NCBI RefSeq assembly: GCF_006345805.1
Contig: NW_021826147.1
Coordinates: 1-13,340, forward strand
DNA length: 13,340 nucleotides
Source of the DNA: Octopus sinensis
Lineage: Eukaryota
Direction of reading: 5' to 3'
Shown: one piece after another, positions 9,994 through 13,340 of the stretch
How positions within the stretch are numbered: position 1 is the first letter of the stretch
How the letters are laid out: each line of letters opens with the position of its first letter
Made by a program: the position numbers and the translations under genes
The notes under the pieces: generated by a model
The model's database searches: none
Seen by the model: only the letters and a program-made list of their open reading frames with translations
What the model was told of the DNA's origin: nothing

Positions 9994-10098
9994 GTCTGTC
10001 TGTCTATCTGTCTGTCTGTCTGTCTGTCTGTATGTATGTATGTATGTATGTATGTATGTATGTATGTATGTGTGTGTGTGTGCTTGTGTGTGTATGTA
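9688..10098. repeat. Compound (TCTG)n-(CATA)n-(TCTA)n-(TCTG)n-(TATG)n-(TG)n array
   Basis: Direct reading. Confidence 0.96.
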
Positions 10099-10211
10099 TA
10101 GCAGAAACACGATTCTTGAGTCACTTTGTTGCTTCTGCTAAATATCAATAAAAATATACATAACACTCATGTTTTGAGGTCTATTTTTGTTGTTTCATCA
10201 TCATACCTAGC

Positions 10212-10245
<34 letters not shown>

Positions 10246-10268
10246 CTTATATATATATACAGTCATGC

Positions 10269-10327
10269 ACAATCCCAAACCAACGCAATATACACTCACA
10301 ATATATATTGCGTTGGTTTGGGATTGT
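10269..10327. other. Perfect 24-bp inverted repeat with 11-nt spacer (59-nt hairpin)
   Basis: ACAATCCCAAACCAACGCAATATA (10269-10292) is the exact reverse complement of TATATTGCGTTGGTTTGGGATTGT (10304-10327). Confidence 0.95.
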
Positions 10328-10749
10328 AAAAGATTAACTTTTGGATCAAGTATACACACATATGTACATGCACACACGCACGCACACAGACACACACAAA
10401 TAGATAGATCGTTAGTACACACTGTACTAAAACACAATGGAGCAATATAAGGAGGTGCTGTACTATCCTGAAGCAAAAAAATCAAACAAGTCAGTGACAA
10501 CGAACAGAGATATTAACGATAACGATAACATAGTAAACACGACTGAGGAATTTCCTGCGTCAGCTGCAAATCGGATATCAACGTGATTTCGATACCTTAA
10601 AGCAGTATCACTACATCCGACGATGTCAAACATTATTAGAAAATAAATTTCAAAATGTTTGGGAACATACAATCATAAAACTTTACATAAAAGGTCAAAC
10701 AATGTGTATGCTCCATACTTTATATCTATTTGGTTCATTAAGTATATCC

Positions 10750-10772
10750 AATAATAATAATAATAATATAAC

Positions 10773-10834
<62 letters not shown>
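10750..10834. repeat. (AAT)n microsatellite
   Basis: Direct reading; one interruption. Confidence 0.97.
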
Positions 10835-10836
<2 letters not shown>

Positions 10837-11079
10837 CAAAGAACAGAGTAGACGTGATACCAATAGTAACTGGTGCACTTGGAAGTATCACCACTCAACT
10901 ACCAATAAGATCAAATGTGAAGGTAGAACATCTACGAAAATCAGCATTGCTTGGAACTGCAAGAATTCTTCGCAGGGTTCTTGAAGCATGACCAGTAAAC
11001 AAGTGTCGCCTTAGCCTGCTGGCTGTGGACAGCTGACACTTTCCATTATACCCAGCAAAATAAGCTGTGAGTTTTCACA
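10835..11079 (+). mobile_element. 5'-truncated R4-clade (Dong/Rex6-like) RLE non-LTR retrotransposon: ORF C-terminus plus 3' UTR
   Basis: Frame 10833-10991 reads MTKNRVDVIPIVTGALGSITTQLPIRSNVKVEHLRKSALLGTARILRRVLEA*. This matches the PxVxGALG...KSALLGTARILRxxL C-terminal signature of R4-type elements. An 88-nt 3' UTR follows and ends in TAATAAT (11080-11086). Confidence 0.85.
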
Positions 11080-11097
11080 TAATAATTATAAAGAGGA

Positions 11098-11308
11098 TGA
11101 TTTCAAATTTTGAAACATGATCAGCAATTTCGGAGGAGGGGTAAGTCGATTAGATGGTCCCCAGTATTCTACTGGTACATATGTTATTGACCCCGAAGGG
11201 ATGAAAGGCAATGTCAACCTCAGCGGAATTTGAACTCAGAACACGAAGACGGGAGAAATGCCGCTAAGCATGATGATCGGTATGCAAATGATTCCGCCAG
11301 TTTGGCGA
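11098..11308 (-). mobile_element. tRNA-derived SINE with a Deu/Nin-like central domain (Octopus-type)
   Basis: The minus strand has an A-box-like TGGCGGAATC (11290-11299) and a B box AGTTCAAATTCC (11225-11236). These are followed by GCCTTTCATCCCTTCGGGGTCAATAACATATGTACCAG, which resembles the Deu/Nin domain as recalled. Confidence 0.8.
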
Positions 11309-11334
11309 CTTAAAAATAATATTAATGACATGGT

Positions 11335-11528
11335 AGAACGCCAGGAATTTTTGTGGCAGTGGATTGTCGATTGAATCATCTCCTGTTATTGAGTGCTACC
11401 TTATTTTATTGCCCCACGAGAGACGAAATGCAAAGTTGACCTCGGTGATATTTGAACTCAGAACGTTATACGTCTGAAGAAGTAAAACTTGGCATTTTGT
11501 CCGATGCTCTACTCTTCTAGCGTGCCAC
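11335..11528 (-). mobile_element. Second, more diverged copy of the same SINE family, in tandem
   Basis: Collinear with 11098-11308, e.g. gttgacctcggtgatatttgaactcagaacg versus gtcaacctcagcggaatttgaactcagaaca. Confidence 0.78.
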
Positions 11529-11529
11529 T

Positions 11530-11530
<1 letters not shown>

Positions 11531-11583
<53 letters not shown>

Positions 11584-11630
11584 TAATAATAATATGATAA
11601 TAATAATATTAATAATAATGATAATGATAA
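11531..11630. repeat. (AAT)n microsatellite
   Basis: Direct reading. Confidence 0.96.
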
Positions 11631-12584
11631 CACACATAGACGTATGTGTGTGTGAATACATACATACATACTTCTTAGTGAACAAATGAAGGAAGGGTAC
11701 TCGTTACATTTATTGGGAGTTACATGTATGGATTAAAGCATTTTGTTCCATATATATATATATATATATATATGTATTATTTAAAAGACACAATGCGTGT
11801 TTTTATGTGCTATTAATAGTTTCTTGTGCTGAGAACATGCCAAACAAACTTTTATAACACATCTGACATCTCGGCACAGTCGTCAGGCACAGCGTACATG
11901 GCATAACGAATCAAAATTTGAATGAGAGAAGAAACGAGAAAAGAGAAGAAGTAAGTATATAGAAAAAGGGGAAGGTTAAAAATCCGCAAAGCGAAAAATT
12001 AATCAGTAGGAAAAGAAGAAAATGAGTTATTACCCTTAGAATGTAATTTATGGTACAAGTTAATCATGTATAGGAGGAACTTCCCAATCCTTTCATTGGG
12101 ACTTAGGCATATGTTTACAACCGCTGAAAATTTCAGATCTAGAGTTCAGCGGTGAGTTAGAGATCTTAGATGTGAAAAGGATCATGTTTTTGAGCCGTTA
12201 GCATAAGATGTGGGTTTTTCGATTGTTTTCCACTTTATCGTATGTGGTATTGCGTTAAATTTCAAACTCTATACACGGTTAGCCAAGTTAGTGGCTTTGT
12301 TTTTGTCCTTATGTCGGAAGGAAGTTATGTGATTAATATGACTATTTTTAAATTCTCGCATAGTCCAATATAGTACTTCTTATCGTTTGTGCTATCATCT
12401 GGCGTTGCAGTAACTTATGCCTCAGATATGACAGATTTAATCATACATCGCTGATCAAGTGGACAGGTTTCTGGGTCCAAGAACTGGATTTAGGCTCGTG
12501 GTGTTGACCCCGTGAAATGTTATTCTCCATAATAGGACAGTAGTTATACGATAATTTCACAGAACGCCTGTTAAATATTTTCCT

Positions 12585-12631
12585 GTGTATGTATGCATGC
12601 ATGCAAGTATGTATGTATGTATGTATGTATG

Positions 12632-12663
<32 letters not shown>

Positions 12664-12724
12664 TGTATGTATGTATTATGTATGTATGTATGTATGTATG
12701 TATGTATGTATGTATGTATGTATA
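12585..12724. repeat. (TATG)n microsatellite
   Basis: Direct reading. Confidence 0.96.
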
Positions 12725-12738
12725 CAGAGTAAAATATT

Positions 12739-12992
12739 GGAGAAATTACGATAAACACAAATCTATTATATTTGTTCCTACGTACGTTTCACCATCGGGT
12801 GTTTAACCACAACGGTTCATCAGAGAACACTTACTTCTCTGTGACATAATGCAATCACATGTTTATCGATTGTCCATCGTGGCTGAGCATTCAATTGCTC
12901 TTTGAAACATCCAATGTAGTGTTCGAAAAACAGTAAAAGTGAAACAGACGTAGTAACAACTGATGTAGACTTGTGTTTATCATAATTTCTCC
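12739..12992. mobile_element. 254-bp unit bounded by 54-bp imperfect inverted repeats (inverted Penelope-like LTR fragments, or a MITE)
   Basis: 12739-12792 versus the reverse complement of 12939-12992 gives 44/54 identity with no gaps. The left arm overlaps the hammerhead at 12773-12829. No clear TSD. Confidence 0.7.
12773..12829 (-). ncRNA. Type I hammerhead ribozyme with fully canonical core
   Basis: Minus strand: UGUUCU CUGAUGA ACCGUUG-(12 nt)-CGAUGGU GAAA CGUAC GUA GGAACA. Helix I is 6 bp, helix II is 7 bp, helix III is the palindrome ACGUACGU (12780-12787), and the predicted cleavage is GUA| between 12779 and 12778. Confidence 0.82.
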
Positions 12993-13028
12993 TCTTTATT
13001 GCATAAGTAGTAATGCTACTAAGTAGAA

Positions 13029-13075
13029 ACACACACACACACACACACACGCATACACACACACACACACACACA

Positions 13076-13108
<33 letters not shown>

Positions 13109-13118
13109 CACACACAAA
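13029..13118. repeat. (CA)n microsatellite
   Basis: Direct reading. Confidence 0.97.
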
Positions 13119-13131
13119 CATTGGGCATTTG

Positions 13132-13302
13132 TCTTTTATCTTTTACTTGTTTCTGTCACACGACTGCGTCCATGATGCGGCACCGCCTTGAAGAATCTTT
13201 CAGTTGAAAGAATCGACCCAAGTACTTATTTTCTTTTTCATCCTGAAACTTATTCTATCGGTCTCTTTCGCCAATCTGTTAGGTTACGGGAATGTAAACA
13301 CC
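13132..13302 (-). mobile_element. 3' half of an Octopus OR-type (CORE-related) SINE, probably continuing past the window edge
   Basis: The minus strand reads GTGTTTACATTCCCGTAACCTAACAGATTGGCGAAAGAGACCGATAGAATAAGT...AAGTACTTGGGTCGATT...CTTCAAGGCGGTGCC...GAAACAAGTAAAAGATAAAAGA, matching the recalled 3' part of a very abundant Octopus SINE. The adjacent (CA)n at 13303-13340 fits its internal (TG)n tract. The head is not in the window. Confidence 0.75.
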
Positions 13303-13340
13303 CACACGCACACACACATACATACACGTGCACACACACA

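Noticed and set aside
11850-11895. Minus-strand CTGACGA at 11880-11886 between GGCACAG direct repeats
   Set aside because: No GAAA box downstream, so it is not a hammerhead.
1401-13207. Dozens of ORF-track entries rich in YVCM, HTYI, PTYL, LSIY, CVCV and THTH
   Set aside because: They are translations of di- and tetranucleotide microsatellites that lack stops in some frames; there is no evidence of coding function.
1-13340. CRISPR arrays, rRNA, bacterial operons or terminators
   Set aside because: No repeat-spacer periodicity or prokaryotic gene structure; the window is eukaryotic non-coding DNA.

Overview
Eukaryotic, AT-rich non-coding DNA packed with microsatellites. The SINE types and repeat landscape suggest a cephalopod, probably Octopus; this is inferred from recalled repeat families, not from a search. 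No host protein-coding gene is recognisable, and most ORF-track entries are translations of simple repeats. Between the microsatellites lie: (i) a near full-length tRNA-derived SINE with 11-bp TSDs (196-571), two tandem SINEs of a second family (11098-11528) and the 3' half of a third (13132-13302); (ii) the 3' end of an R4-clade (Dong/Rex6-like) restriction-like-endonuclease retrotransposon inside a (TAA)n array; (iii) a probable non-LTR 3' UTR inside a (GATA)n array. The most notable signal is a set of four type I hammerhead-ribozyme-like motifs of the minimal Penelope/retrozyme style. One has a fully canonical core (12773-12829, minus strand) and sits in a 54-bp inverted-repeat structure. 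Two are related copies with a CCGACG core variant (1964-2000 and 2985-3013), and one is decayed (7949-7997). There is also a perfect 24-bp, pre-miRNA-sized hairpin (10269-10327). All structures were paired by hand; no folding program or database search was run.
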